The notes: a model not told the origin generated them from the sequence alone. Positions 38,860-53,784 are shown, counted from the whole stretch's first letter. The stretch is 63,709 nt of DNA, filler included, from Octopus bimaculoides (GCF_001194135.2; 4 parts of 4 records of this genome joined end to end with filler, not necessarily neighbours in it); one strand, 5' to 3'. Numbers and translations: made by a program.

Positions 38860-39690
38860 CTTTTCTCCTCTAGGCACAAGGCCCGAAATTTTAGGGAGGG
38901 TCTCATGCGATTAGATCAACAACTGGAAGATGAAAAGCAAAGTCGGCCTCGGCGGAATTTGAACTCAGAACGTAAAAACAGACGGAATACCACCACTAAG
39001 CATTACGCCCGGCGTGCTAACGTTTCTGCCAGCTCGTCGCCAATATGCTTTTTGTATTCTATGCACAAGGCCCGAAATTTTTGAGGAGAGGTTCAGTCGA
39101 TTAGATCAACTCCAGTACGCAACTGGTACTTAATTTATCGACCCCCCCAAAACGATGAAAGGCTAAGTCGACCTCGGCGGAATTTCAACACAGAACGTAA
39201 AAATAGACAGAATACCGCTAAATATTTCGCCCGACTTGCTAATATTTCTGCTAGCTTATCGCCTTACAATAACAGCTTATTGGATATATATACTATTAAC
39301 CTACCTTTTACTTGTTTCATCCATTGAAGGATTCTATCGTATCATTTTTATTAAACGCTTGAACGCTTTATTAAACGCTTCAAGTGCCATTTGTGTACTG
39401 GGGTCGATAGAATCGAATGGAAAACGCCCCCAAAATGTTCGCCTCTGTGCCTAGAGTAGAAAAGATTATTTGAAGGCGGTGAGCTGGTAGAAACGTTAGC
39501 ACGCCCAGCAAGATACTTAGCAGTATTGTGTCTGTTTTTACTTACCGAGTTCAAATTCTGCCGATGTCGACTATGTCTTTCATTGTTTTAGAGTAGATAG
39601 AATAAGTACCACGTGTGTACTGAGGTCGATGTTATCAACAAAGCGCTTCTCCCGAAATTGCTGGCCTGGTGTCAGAATTTAAAACCAATA
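38860..39690. mobile_element. cluster of four family-D copies in mixed orientation
   Basis: About 38862-39040(-), 39055-39270(-), 39385-39470(+ 3' part) and 39473-39690(+). Confidence 0.75.
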
Positions 39691-41104
39691 TAAGATTCGT
39701 GACTTCATTGTGAGCAAACACAAAGTTTGATAACATATATATATTATATATACATTGCTTATGAACCTATAGGAAATTATCTTATGTTTAAAAGTATAAG
39801 TTTAAGCTGCTAAATTTGATTCATCGTCGAATTTAATAATATCGGGTCCAGTTCCGTTTAATGTAACCGTATGTACTTCCATTACTTTACTTTGGAAGAA
39901 TTTGTCTGACGAAGTTCAAATGAACCTAAATTTAGACTCATATAATCAGTAGGTAAAATTAAGTGTGTTATCTGCCCCTTTCGCGTTAGACTAACAATTG
40001 ATTTCTAATATATGTACAAGAGTTGCATTCGCTTATATCAAGTCCCGCATTTAATTGGACACAGTGAAAATGAACCACAAGGCCTAGCTTTGTAGAGTTT
40101 GAAACCGGAACACAAAGGAATGTAATTTAAATATTGCGATGTATTTATGTTATTTAATCTAGAGACTGTCACTCCACTGCAATCACACTTAATATTTAGA
40201 AACTAAAATTGCTAAATAAACGATATAATCAATACGATATTATTGATGATACTTCAAAAGCGACCTGCATGAAAATATGAAGCATTAAATGAGGAATGAA
40301 ATACTAAATGACTATGTATAAACTTCGCTTATATATTTACGCTAACTTTGCCTTATACATAGTAACTATTATTTACTTTTAGTTAAAATAAGCACATTTG
40401 TGGACATGCCGTCTATGAGATTAATAATACGACGCGTATAATTGAGTTAATATAACTGATTCCGAGATCAGACTTAACGTTATATGAATATTATTGTAAT
40501 GTCTGTTATGTCTGTAATGTCTACGTACCATAAATATTATTATTTATTGATTTGTTATCTGGAAGGTAGTTTCATTTGCAAAAAGTGATGGCTGGATTTG
40601 GGGTTTTCCCTGCAATTATAAAGTTCATCTGTGATTACAAACTGCTCATGAATTCTGTTTTTGTCTTTTATATTTTGATTTTCTCGTAACAAACGGAAGT
40701 TTACTTATTAAGACAACATCGAATGTATATAATATTCGAAAATGTACATGTCAGCTGCCTGTCTGGCCATATAGGCTTTCTTTGTTTTCACTGTTTTGTT
40801 TTCTGTCCGCCACTACATTCCTCCACGTTACAAATTTTATTTAAATCAAATTTAATTAAAATTTAATGTGTGGTCCATGGGAAGAGACATTCTAACAATG
40901 CGTCCTGCCCTAACTCTGCGAAACGCTTAGTTTTAGAATGGTGGCAGCTGATGAAGGAAATTTTCTCTATGTGGCCTATGTGTTTTCTGTATTCCGTTTA
41001 TCATTTTGTCCACGTTTTTTGCTACGTCCTGTACCCAGATATGCATCTATATATACATGTAGATGTAGGTATGTATATACATGTACGTATATACGCATAT
41101 ACTC

Positions 41105-41165
<61 letters not shown>

Positions 41166-41319
41166 AAAAAGATTTTCTAACATTTTTCTGACATAGTTTA
41201 AATATATACTTTAACCAAGTAACACAAGCCTTCTGTAGTTTTTTCACTCTTATTATCTTTTATACATCCAACCACGTGCTTTCACATACCAACTTTCTCA
41301 CCTATATATATACATATAT

Positions 41320-41660
41320 TCTTTTATTTGTTTAAGTCATTTGACTGCGACGATGCTGGAGTATCGCCTTTAGAAAGAATCGACCCTAAGGCTTATTCTA
41401 TGTAAGCCCAGTACTTATTCAATCGGTCTGTTGTGTTGAACCGCTAGATTACGGGGACGTATACACAGCAACATCGGTTGTCAAGCGATGGTGGGTGGAC
41501 AAACACAGACACACTAACATTATATGTACATATATATATAGATATATATACGTCGGGCTTCTTTCAGTTTCCGTCTATCAAATTCACTCACAAGGATTTG
41601 TCAGCCCGAGGCTCTAGTGGAAGACACTTGCCCAAGGTACCACGCAATGGGACTGAACCT
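41320..41660 (-). mobile_element. composite SINE family B/C
   Basis: Same layout as 3130-3510; head truncated. Confidence 0.8.
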
Positions 41661-41667
41661 CATATAA

Positions 41668-41707
<40 letters not shown>

Positions 41708-41829
41708 NNNNNNNNNNNNNNNNNNNNNNNNNNNNNNNNNNNNNNNNNNNNTTAATTAATTAANNNNNNNNNNNNNNNNNNNNNNNNNNNNNNNNNNNNN
41801 NNNNNNNATATATATAAAAGATTTAATGT

Positions 41830-41909
41830 AATGCTCGTATTACTTAAATAAATGGAGTAGCATGAAACGTGCGTACTGCAATCATCTTTAAAATCCGTGT
41901 TGCTTATTT

Positions 41910-41947
<38 letters not shown>

Positions 41948-41995
41948 TCAAAATAAGCAACAGGATATCAAGTAGTGATGCAGTACGACCGTTCA
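41830..41995. repeat. tail-to-tail inverted PLE-pLTR-like relics around (TA)n
   Basis: 15-bp perfect arms 41898-41912 / 41948-41962. Outer arms carry GAAAC-GTGC-GTA-CTGCA (+) and GAAC-GGTC-GTA-CTGCA (-). Confidence 0.65.
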
Positions 41996-42707
41996 ATTGA
42001 ACAATATACATATATTCAAATATATATATACAACCATACAACTATATGTAGGCTTACATACTTATGTATGTGTGTGTCAAGACGTCAAACATATAGCATA
42101 AGGACTTAAGTATCTCCGATTAAAATATTCGGTCTGTACATTCTCATTACTAATTGAGCAATCATTTTCAATATATTGCGTAAGTTTTTACATCCTCTCA
42201 CACATTCGAATATTAAAACCACATTTGTACACACGCTTGCACATACACACACACATATTCACATAAATAAGACCAAAGAAGGTCGAAATCGTATGATCTG
42301 GTGGTCTCAGCGCTGGAGGTGGCAAAATGTGCTCTTGTGCATTTTGCACCAAAAGCCAATATGAGAGTTTCTCACGTGGTAACTACTGCTGTATAATTTG
42401 TTCTAACAGAACATCCACGCTTAAGTGGAGATAAATGTTATCGCACATAAATACATTCCCTAAACTCTCATACTATGCTTAATCGACAAGATCTCACATA
42501 TAAACATATTTATTCAGAGATATCGTTCGTAAGAAAGGAAGTTTTAAACTGATGTTAACGACACTCAGTGGTAAGAAGTTTGCTTCTCAACAACACGATT
42601 TCAAGTTCGTCCCACTGCGTGGAGTATCGGACTAGTGTCTTCTACTATAGCTTCAGGCCGACCAAAGCCTTGTGGATGGAGTTATTGGACGGAAACTGTG
42701 TGGAAAC

Positions 42708-42754
<47 letters not shown>

Positions 42755-44708
42755 NNNNNNNNNNNNNNNNNNNNNNNNNNNNNNNNNNNNNNNNNNNNNN
42801 NNNNNNNNNNNNNNNNNNNNNNNNNNNNNNNNNNNNNNNNNNNNNNNNNNNNNNNNNNNNNNNNNNNNNNNNNNNNNNNNNNNNNNNNNNNNNNNNNNNN
42901 NNNNNNNNNNNNNNNNNNNNNNNNNNNNNNNNNNNNNNNNNNNNNNNNNNNNNNNNNNNNNNNNNNNNNNNNNNNNNNNNNNNNNNNNNNNNNNNNNNNN
43001 NNNNNNNNNNNNNNNNNNNNNNNNNNNNNNNNNNNNNNNNNNNNNNNNNNNNNNNNNNNNNNNNNNNNNNNNNNNNNNNNNNNNNNNNNNNNNNNNNNNN
43101 NNNNNNNNNNNNNNNNNNNNNNNNNNNNNNNNNNNNNNNNNNNNNNNNNNNNNNNNNNNNNNNNNNNNNNNNNNNNNNNNNNNNNNNNNNNNNNNNNNNN
43201 NNNNNNNNNNNNNNNNNNNNNNNNNNNNNNNNNNNNNNNNNNNNNNNNNNNNNNNNNNNNNNNNNNNNNNNNNNNNNNNNNNNNNNNNNNNNNNNNNNNN
43301 NNNNNNNNNNNNNNNNNNNNNNNNNNNNNNNNNNNNNNNNNNNNNNNNNNNNNNNNNNNNNNNNNNNNNNNNNNNNNNNNNNNNNNNNNNNNNNNNNNNN
43401 NNNNNNNNNNNNNNNNNNNNNNNNNNNNNNNNNNNNNNNNNNNNNNNNNNNNNNNNNTGTAATTTACTTAGAACATTTCATTTAATACTTCGGCTAATAC
43501 AATGAAAGATATGCTTTACTGGAGAGGTCATTATAAAATTGAAACATGTCCTTAATTATCTCTCGTACTTCTCGAAACAATTAAAATTATATTAGTCATT
43601 GACAAGCATTTTTTTTTTTTTTTTTTTTCTGAACGCATGATTATTCCTAATAGCCTTTCTGATGCCCCTTTAACAACCTTAGTGATATCCGTTAAGCAGT
43701 GCATGAGGGATGCTTACATTTAACGTACTTGTTAACTGTGAATCTTTTGTATGCTATGTTCTCATGTTTCTAACTTGTCCTTCTTTGAAACTGTAGTTCT
43801 CATGGACCTGAAGTTGCTTAGAAGTACTTTAGTTTTGTTGGTTTTGTTGTATAGGCGTGGCTGCGTGGTAAGAAGCTGGTTTCGCAATCACATGGCTCCC
43901 GACTCAGTCCCTCTGCGTGGTACCTTCGGTAAGTGTCTTCAACTATAGATGAAGGCCATTTTGAGGTTAAACAATCACAACAGTAAAAAGAGCTTAAGTC
44001 GTAGGATTAATCTGTCGTCTGCTTTACACCACTAACTGTTCCTCGAGTGCGTTCACCGAAGTTTACTGTTGCACATATCCAGTTATTCAGGCTAGATCTC
44101 TCGGTTCTGAGGATAGTTATATTCTTTTTTTTCTTTATTTTTCGCTATTCGTGTAAGCCCTGAAGAACGACGAAAGTGCCGCCCTTTCATTTCTGACTAA
44201 TTCCTGAAAAAGAGACAAAAAAAAAACATACGAAGAAGCACACTTCATTCTACTGCTGCTGCCACTATTACTAGATCTCTTCACTACCAGACTTCGTACG
44301 AAACCATTTAACTAATTCTTGGGACTCAAAACACCAACCTTGTTAAATTCCCTTTTCCGCCCACGTTTACGACAAGCCGCCAACAATTAAAAACTGAAGC
44401 ATTAAGCCCGNNNNNNNNNNNNNNNNNNNNNNNNNNNNNNNNNNNNNNNNNNNNNNNNNNNNNNNNNNNNNNNNNNNNNNNNNNNNNNNNNNNNNNNNNN
44501 NNNNNNNNNNNNNNNNNNNNNNNNNNNNNNNNNNNNNNNNNNNNNNNNNNNNNNNNNNNNNNNNNNNNNNNNNNNNNNNNNNNNNNNNNNNNNNNNNNNN
44601 NNNNNNNNNNNNNNNNNNNNNNNNNNNNNNNNNNNNNNNNNNNNNNNNNNNNNNNNNNNNNNNNNNNNNNNNNNNNNNNNNNNNNNNNNATATATATATA
44701 TATATATC

Positions 44709-44746
<38 letters not shown>

Positions 44747-45435
44747 TATATGTATACAAATACAAATACATGTATATGTGTGTGTGTGTGTGTGTGTGTG
44801 GTATATGTATATAAATACATATATATACACATATTTAATGCCTGTGTCTATATATCATATATATATATATATGTATACATGCATACATACATACATATCA
44901 TATATACATGCATACATATATTTATATATAAAATGAATATATTATTTTGATGTGTATGTACACGTGTGCGTGTATGTATATGTATATGTATGTATATCTG
45001 CATATACGTATATATGCTTACATGAATGATATCTGATGAGTTTCCCTCATGCCATTCTTAGCGCAGATTGACAAACAGAAACCAAATTAAAGGTAACATA
45101 CATATTATTAGTATTCTATAGAATATCGTGGCATATTTCGGCAATGCAGATCTAATTATGGGGGAATTAAAGCCAAATGTTAAAGTAACACATTCTTCAA
45201 GTTTATCTTTGTTATAGTTACAGACGACTAATACAGGAGCGGAGAACCCAGACAGAAATAGATATGTACTCGTTTGAACTCATTCCTAAAATTCCACATG
45301 TGTACCAAAATATTCATACACCCAGTTTAAGTCGTTCCCAGACATTCTCTAACCGAGAAACGAAAACAGAATGGTGTAGAGTCATACGGAGAAAGAAATT
45401 TAATCTAGATTATAGTTTTGGAAGGGGAGAAAATG

Positions 45436-45466
<31 letters not shown>

Positions 45467-45538
45467 TAAAGCTTACAGACTATGTATATATAAGGGATAC
45501 GTATGTGCGTGTGTATGTGTTTGTGTGTTTGTGTATAC

Positions 45539-45571
<33 letters not shown>

Positions 45572-45859
45572 AGCACTTATATATGCGTATGCGTGTATGT
45601 GACTGTACATGTGTCTGTGTGTGTGCTTATGTAATAAAGTATGGGGTACTATATGTTGCATTCTTAAAAACTAAAATGCTAAAGTACCAGAAATACTAAA
45701 TTACTAAAGTACTTAAACACACACACGAGCGCACGCGCGCACACACGAGCGCGCGCGCACATACACACACACACAAATACACCACCAATAAACTTCATAC
45801 TCTCAATACATACACGCAAAATGTAAAATCTATTAAGCTCGCACACCAAGATATTTATC

Positions 45860-46200
<341 letters not shown>

Positions 46201-46861
46201 TAACTGTGTGTGTGTCTGAAATAGATAGCAGACGCGTACATCCGAAGGCACATCCTAATTTGTCTCAACAAGAGTGATCTGTAACTAATTAAGAATTAAT
46301 TAGAGGTATCACAAAGGTCTATGGGAAGGAAGTGAAACGGGAAGGGAGAATTCAAAATATATCGATGCAAAGAAGAGAAGTATATGTTTTATTTATCACT
46401 ATTACTCTTTGCGTAATGTTACGTCGTCCAAGGTTGCAGTTCATGACCGGAATAACGAGACAGAATGTAATGATATCATAATATATATAAAATTTTGCCG
46501 TATAAGGGCAATAAATTATATATATCTAGATATATAATTCGGTCGATGTATGTATGTATGTATGTATGTATGTATTTATTTATTTATTTATGTGTTTCAG
46601 CCAAGTGGCTGCGGTCATGCTGGTGCACCACCGTGAGTATGTATATATTTGTATGCATGTATGTATGTATATGCATACGTATGCACATATGTATGCATGT
46701 ATGTACGTGCGTGTGTATGTAAGTATAACATAATGCATACATGCGTACATCCACACATATACATACATATATATACATATAAGTGTGTGTGTACATAAAT
46801 ACATTTACATATATATATATACAAAAATTAATCTTAAACGGGACCTCAAGTCCTGCCTCTG

Positions 46862-46892
<31 letters not shown>

Positions 46893-47899
46893 GTGTTTGT
46901 GTGTGCGTGTTTGCGTGTATTGTGTGCGTTTGTGAGTTTTTGTGTGTTTGTGGCTGTGTGTGGGAGTGCGTGTGTGTGTATGTGTGTGTATGTGTGTGTG
47001 TGCATATACTTGTGTATGGATGTAAGTTGGATGCTTCAGGATGCGACAATTTGAGGGTGTTTCAGTTGATGAGCATGTGCATGCATGTATGAGAGAGGGC
47101 AGCCTGAATAGTGATGCGGTTCCCAGAGAAAAATAAAAGGCACACCATGCCATTTCCGTCTGAGTCGAAGTCTTCCGACATATCTCTGTTAATGAAGAGA
47201 AGGGGGCAAGAAAAAACAAAAACCTGAAAAAAAAAATCAAAAAAAGAAAAAGGAACAAAACACAAAATAACATCATTTGTACATCAGCCGGAAACAACGA
47301 TAAATCCGCAACAACAACAACAACAACAACAAATGCACTATCGCGTTCACTCTCTACACTAACAGCAACAAAAACACACAAACGAAACAACGAAGACTCA
47401 AGAGAAAAACCAGAAGACAAAAACGGAAACTCGATAATATCGAGAACGAAAACAACTACTGCATCTACAACTTCACCCACAACATCAACAACAAATTGCG
47501 CTCACATCCAACTTTGAGCTAATCAGAAAAAAGCCTTAAAAAACACTATCTTACAAAGTAGAGATATAGACGGAGGGAGAGGCAATTAATAAATCACAGT
47601 GAAAGTCCAGGAGGAACTGAAATTGGTAAAGGATGCCAATAGACAGATACTGGGAAATAAAAGAAAGTTTCCAACATGAGTTGGGAACCCCAGTATCGTG
47701 ACCTCGAACAGGCTATTTTAAGATTAACCGAAGGAACCAGCCACAGAGAATGGATTCCGATGCACCTGATCGCCTACTGAAAAGTCATATAGGTAGGTGA
47801 CTCATATTTTTTCTTCTTTTCTTTCCAACCATCTTGGCAGTTTTAAAAGTGGATTGTATAAATGCACTTGAGTTGGAAGTCACTTACTCAACATTCCTA

Positions 47900-48960
47900 T
47901 GTCACTGATTATGTACTTGATAGCTCTCAGTGAAACAAGGATTTCCAACACACGTAATCTGGCGCCCGGTTTTTGATGATTTTGAGATTTACGCCTCTCC
48001 AAGTCAACTTGCAATGGGAGGAATGACAGTGTTGTTTCGGAAAGGCCTAGCCTTCAAGATACAGTCGATCTGCCATGATCAGGACCGCAAGTCGGTGGTT
48101 ATAGGCGTGAACAGTAACGAAGGGTTACTACGCACCGACCGAGGCAAGGCAACTAAAATTTCTGCAGGCATCTGAAAGTTTTCTGCAGAATGTCCTGCTC
48201 TTTAGAGTTAGTGGGCGACTGGGACATGTTCTTGAATACACGTTTGGATCATGTGAGGCTAGCTGATAGTACATGGGTGTAGAAACCTCGCAGATCTCCT
48301 CAGACATTTTCAACTGTCTGACAGATAACAACTGTGTTTTCTGAATGCCCCAATGTGGACATTGGAAAAACAGCATCGGGCCATCCAGATCATATCTAGA
48401 CAGAATATTCTGTAGGCCAGTAGACAGAGATAGCGTAGGGTGTCCACAATTTAAATTAGCCGACTACACAGACCACATATTTATGACTTGCACACCGACC
48501 TAAGTATTCTGCATAGGCAGGGGCCCGGTTACTGAAAATTAATTGTGTCTTACCCGGTGCACCAAGCTTATAGGGACCAAATCAGAGAACAAGTGAAGCA
48601 GGAGTTGCCAGGGCAATTGTCAATAGCCGATGGTGGTTAACCTGAAAAAGGCTATTAGATTTTAAAGTCGATAAAGTTTAGTTAGGAAATAGAGACAGAG
48701 AAATCCAGACTAGAGGGTGGGCTTAGGAATTTAGAAAAGACGGTTAGGAAAAGCATTGCGATTGATGTGCTGGCAGTAAGATTGGCCTTTAACCAATTCT
48801 TCAATGCAAAGCAGAAAGGTTGCGTTGTCAGAGGCATGAAAGACATGAAAGAAACGAAAGCTGTTCAATGGGCCCGGGTATCAGAGGTGAAAAGCTGTGA
48901 TTCTGTCTTTGACTGATCGGAAGGATCACATGCTACTTGATTCCAAGCAGTTGTTGGAAA
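47900..48960 (+). mobile_element. decayed L1/Tx1-clade LINE ORF2 (AP endonuclease and linker)
   Basis: Relic motifs in order: GGMTVLFRKGL, YYAPT, LVGDW, YLDRIFC, YTDH, GPGY*KIN (GxGxWKLN), then a K..GCVVRG segment. Many stops and frameshifts. Confidence 0.8.
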
Positions 48961-49974
48961 ATGCACTACAGAGCAAAGAAGTAATTCAATTTTCTATAAC
49001 ATTATTCGTTATTTCTACCATTACAGAGTATTTTATTATATAACAGATTTGGGGATCAAAAAAAAATACATGATTAAAATCTGAGCAAGGACTTGGCTTG
49101 CTAACAAACCAGCAATCGAATTATAGCTGCATCAGTGACTGATGAATGTCAATTCTTAAGTAACTAAAGATTTTAATACCCAAAATTTGCAACGAATTGA
49201 AGGACTTTATTTTTGTACAATATACTTTTGTTTTAAATACTTTGTATTAAATCTAACAACCCTTCTTTGTAGTTTTAAGTTAGCTGATATATGAAAACTT
49301 ATCGTTGACATCATGGCTGACTATTATAGCTGTCATTACAATTATATTTTGTTTTTGATGAATTACAATGAATGTTGTGTTTAGAGATGTCATAACAATG
49401 TGTATATTATCAGCACTGTCATGCCACTGAAGACTGGGTCTTCGTGACACAATCCTAGCAATAGCGCTGATAGCAACCACTTAGAAGTTTGCATTAAATT
49501 ATAGATAAATACCAGACAACAAAATAGCCTCAAGCGGTCGCTCGACTTGCTAGAAATAGCAGTCAAATCTCTTTCAAATAATATCTTTAAAAAAGAAAGG
49601 GTGCATCAATAACGTAGTTTTTAAGTACACTATATTTAAAAAGAACACATCAACGAAAGACGAGATGGTAACCGTTTGAACGCCTTTGATCATAGATTTT
49701 CTCGAAAAGGTTGACTTGGAGTTAAGCAACAATAACAATTACATGACTGATATGAATGAAAATAAATAGCTACAACTGAGGAGGTTAACTCTACTCCACA
49801 ACTACTGAGTTCAAATAGCGCTGAGAATAACTGTTCCAAGCATTCTTTTGGGGGTCGATATAGTAAAGTACTAGGGCCTACATAATCGGTTAACCCCTTC
49901 TCAAATTCATGGTTTTATATTTACGTTAGAAATTATTAACCTCCAACATCTCACCCTTAGAAGAGATGGAAGTG

Positions 49975-50190
49975 AAGGTAGTGGCTTAGTGGTTTGGGTG
50001 CTGCATTCACGATCTTGCGAGTGTGGTTTCGATTTCTGAACCGGGTGTTGCGCTGTATTCTTGAGCAAAACACTTCATTTCACGTTGCAACAGTCCACTC
50101 AGCTGTAAATGAGGAACCCTGCAGAGGACTGACGTCTTACTCAAAGGGAATGTTGTGAAACCGGGTAAACGGCCCGAACTCAAGGCAGAA
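49975..50190 (+). mobile_element. tRNA-derived SINE, family H (core 'ttcttgagcaa.acact..cagtccactcagctg')
   Basis: A/B-box-like head 'tggcttagtggtt..ggtttcgattt'; shares its core with 57748 and 61005(-). Confidence 0.7.
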
Positions 50191-50774
50191 GAGACTGAAA
50201 CTAAGAAATGGTTTTGTTCATGTCATTTCCAAGATCTTTAATTCAGTGAAGTACGTTTATCTCAGTAACTATTCTTCTTTTGTTATATTTAGAATTTGCT
50301 GAACAAAAATGTCGATCAAGCCAATGAGGTCGATCAACCTGCTAAAAACAGCAGCCAAATCTCATACAATTAGCATTCTATCTTCCAAGAAAATGACACG
50401 CGGAATAATATAGTCATGGATTCCCTGTGCGTAAGAAAACGACGTGGTCTTTGGTCTTCCTTCACAGCTTACCATCATCTTATCTCCCCACCATACACAG
50501 ACTGATCGTCAGGACCATTAGAGTTAATATACATATATATATGTGTGTATATATAAACACATGCATATATGCATGCATACACACACACGTACACACATGT
50601 GTGCACACACATACATATGCATGTGTGTATGTGTGTGTGTGTGCATGTATGTGTGTGTGTGTGTAAGTGTGTGTGTGTGTGTGATTGTATGTATGTATAC
50701 TTGCTTATATATATACATTCATTCAGTCACACACACACACACACACACATATATCTATCTATCTATCTATCTAT

Positions 50775-50838
<64 letters not shown>

Positions 50839-52749
50839 NNNNNNNNNNNNNNNNNNNNNNNNNNNNNNNNNNNNNNNNNNNNNNNNNNNNNNNNNNNNNN
50901 NNNNNNNNNNNNNNNNNNNNNNNNNNNNNNNNNNNNNNNNNNNNNNNNNNNNNNNNNNNNNNNNNNNNNNNNNNNNNNNNNNNNNNNNNNNNNNNNNNNN
51001 NNNNNNNNNNNNNNNNNNNNNNNNNNNNNNNNNNNNNNNNNNNNNNNNNNNNNNNNNNNNNNNNNNNNNNTGAATAGTGTTCAGTCAACGGTCAATCATA
51101 ATAATGGCCGATCATAACAATGACTGACCGGAAGTTAGAAATTCTTATTTCAGGAGAGCTAAGAAAGGGGGAGATAACAAACGGTGATCGGGAACGAGGG
51201 GCTGTGTGTGGGAGGTAGAATGCTGGTGATCTTGACGTATGTAGTGTGAAAATGGGGAAGGGAGAAAGGGAGAAAGGGAGAAAGGGAGTTAGTAAGGGAG
51301 AAAGGGAGAATGTATATATATATATATAGTCCAAGTTGCCAACAGATGGAAAATACCATATTATTGATAACACAAATGGCCTGCGTATGCGCATGAGTTT
51401 GAGTGCGTATTTGTATGCATGTGTGTGTGCGCGCCTAGTCATTATGAACGGAACGCATCTGTACAACTGTTTAGAGAAGACATAAATTAGCCGTAAGGGG
51501 GAAATAATGAGCTTTATATATCGACAGAATAACGATGGAGAAAATTTAAATTGCTGTCTGTTAAATTTGATACGAGTAAAAATAGAGGCGTTTACCACAG
51601 GAATTGAATAAAAGATCGCGATAAGAATCAACTGTTGAATGCTAAGGCAGAAATAGAGTCAAATTACTATCAGCAAATAGTATGATTTGTAGAACGTGAA
51701 CGTTACAGATATGTTTTATATCCTAAGAAAGGAAACTCGCTCGATAAGCTTATATTGCTACAGGTAATATTTGTCGTGTCACGTTGCCTTAAAAGATATA
51801 TTTGCAATTTGCAATGATGTTGATTAACTGATAAATTTTCCTACTAGGTGGTCCTGTTAATAAATTTATCTGTTACGTGCTGAAATAAGAAATTAATTAT
51901 ATTTTAAAATCATGAATAATCTAAGTCTAATGGCTCCCTTTAACAACGGCTGTCTAATCTATACTTTCTCTAATTGAATTAATTGTTCCCGACAAGGTAA
52001 CATAAAAAGCTAAGTCTGAAACTAACCTTAACACCAACTATCTATAAATAATGAATTTCCTAAAAGCTAAAAAGTTCAGCGTGGGTATGGCTGTGTGGTC
52101 AAGTTCTCCATATGACCACGCGATTTCGGGTTCAATTCTAATGCGTAGCACCGAAAACAGTGCTACGCAATAAACTCGAACCCGAAGTGTATTTTATCAG
52201 GTGTTAAGGTCATTGCTAACATGATACAGTGAGTAACAAAAATAATTCTTTCTAATTTTGGCACAAAGCCAGCAGTTTTGAAGGGAAAGGAAGTCGGTTA
52301 CATCGACCTCAGGGATTAATATTCTATCAGCCCCGAAACGATGAAAGTTAAAGTGGACTTCGGTAGAATTTGAACTCAGAGTGTAAACATCTAGACCAAA
52401 TGCCTCTAGGCAATATATCAAGCGCACTAGCGATTCTGTCAGCTCCCCACCTGAATTAATTAATAAAAAATGAGGAGAAAGTATCATTAGCTTAATAATT
52501 AATTCTGGTCGAGGAAGACAAGGGAATTTATCAAAATTTGTTGAAAATTGAATGTGACCAAAGTAGGGAGGCTTGAGTCCGATCTGACAATACAGCCAGA
52601 ACTCTGTACATAATTCGGTAGTATTGTACTTTTTTTGTGACGTATATAGTCTTTAACAATACTACCGAGAAAAGATGTCTTAAAAGATATGTAGGTTGTT
52701 CATTAACAAACAGTGAATGTCGTGTTAACTAGAATATAGATAAGATATA

Positions 52750-53400
52750 AACCTCCGTTCAACAAAAGCAGTATGAAAGAAATTTAATTAACAAAGACTG
52801 TCGATGCCAGTCGGTTAGAATAAAATCTCGGATGGCCTATTGAATATTGTCGCGGACATATAGCCGAGAGGACAACGATTCGTGGCTTGTCCGTGACTGC
52901 TTTGTTTCAATGGATATGACAGTCAATTGTCAAGATAGTCCATTGCCCCGAGATGTGAATAGATACTGTTACTCCTACTTGAAAAGTTGAACTCCTGAAG
53001 ATAGTAATAGCAAACCACGTTTGTAATGTACCAGGAAATCCTTGTTGATGTGGCCGTCCCACATAACTACTTGTGTAACATTTTTGAATGTCTCAGTTGA
53101 TTCTCTTCCTTTCTAAAATATTATCTTTTGTACAGTCAATATAAATCGATATGAGCATAATGATGGAATCTCCACGGTTATTTTGAAAACTTTACGATTG
53201 TTGGAAGTTAACAGAGAACCATGAAATGTAATTATTTTAAAATTGAATTTTTTTCCTGACCTGTTTGAATCTTGTGATATGAAGTCGCCATTAGTTGTAC
53301 TGAAGGTGCAGTGCTAGGAGAGAACATCCATAACCTTTGTTATAAATTTGTAACCTCTTCTACAACAAGAGTTGCTATTTTTATGTCAAGAAGTAGACAA
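52750..53400 (-). pseudogene. highly decayed Penelope-like reverse transcriptase fragment
   Basis: Ordered relics on the minus strand: GSLLTSNN (~GSPLSP), YRFI-(D)DC (53131-53150, 1-nt loss), DFL, YLDN*LSYPLKQSSHGQA (~YLHxxSxHP..YGQA thumb). Recognition is by eye only. Confidence 0.4.
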
Positions 53401-53536
53401 CCTTAACTATAACACTATGTGCACGACTATATTCACAACATTTTTACAACACATAATACGCTGTATTACAGTTTTATTGTCATATCAGTTTATCACTGGA
53501 CTTAAACCCGCGGTACAGTAAATATCCATTACGCTG

Positions 53537-53592
<56 letters not shown>

Positions 53593-53624
53593 GCACACAT
53601 ACACACATATATATATATATATAT

Positions 53625-53661
<37 letters not shown>

Positions 53662-53784
53662 CACAGAGACAGACAGAGAGAAAGTGAGAGAATGATTGAA
53701 TGTATGTATATATGTATGTATGTATGTATGTATGTGTGAATGCATATATAAATGAATGTATGTANNNNNNNNNNATATATATAT

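Noticed and set aside
44155-44200. CTGAAGA-acgac-GAAAG..CTT hammerhead-like string
   Set aside because: No stem II and no stem I complementarity; likely chance.
46584-47480. 298-aa minus-strand ORF, the longest N-free ORF
   Set aside because: Composed of a T-rich tract and (CA)n/(TA)n translations; no domain.
49280-49500. Hydrophobic, membrane-protein-like frames on both strands
   Set aside because: Multiple stops, no splice logic and no recognisable motif.
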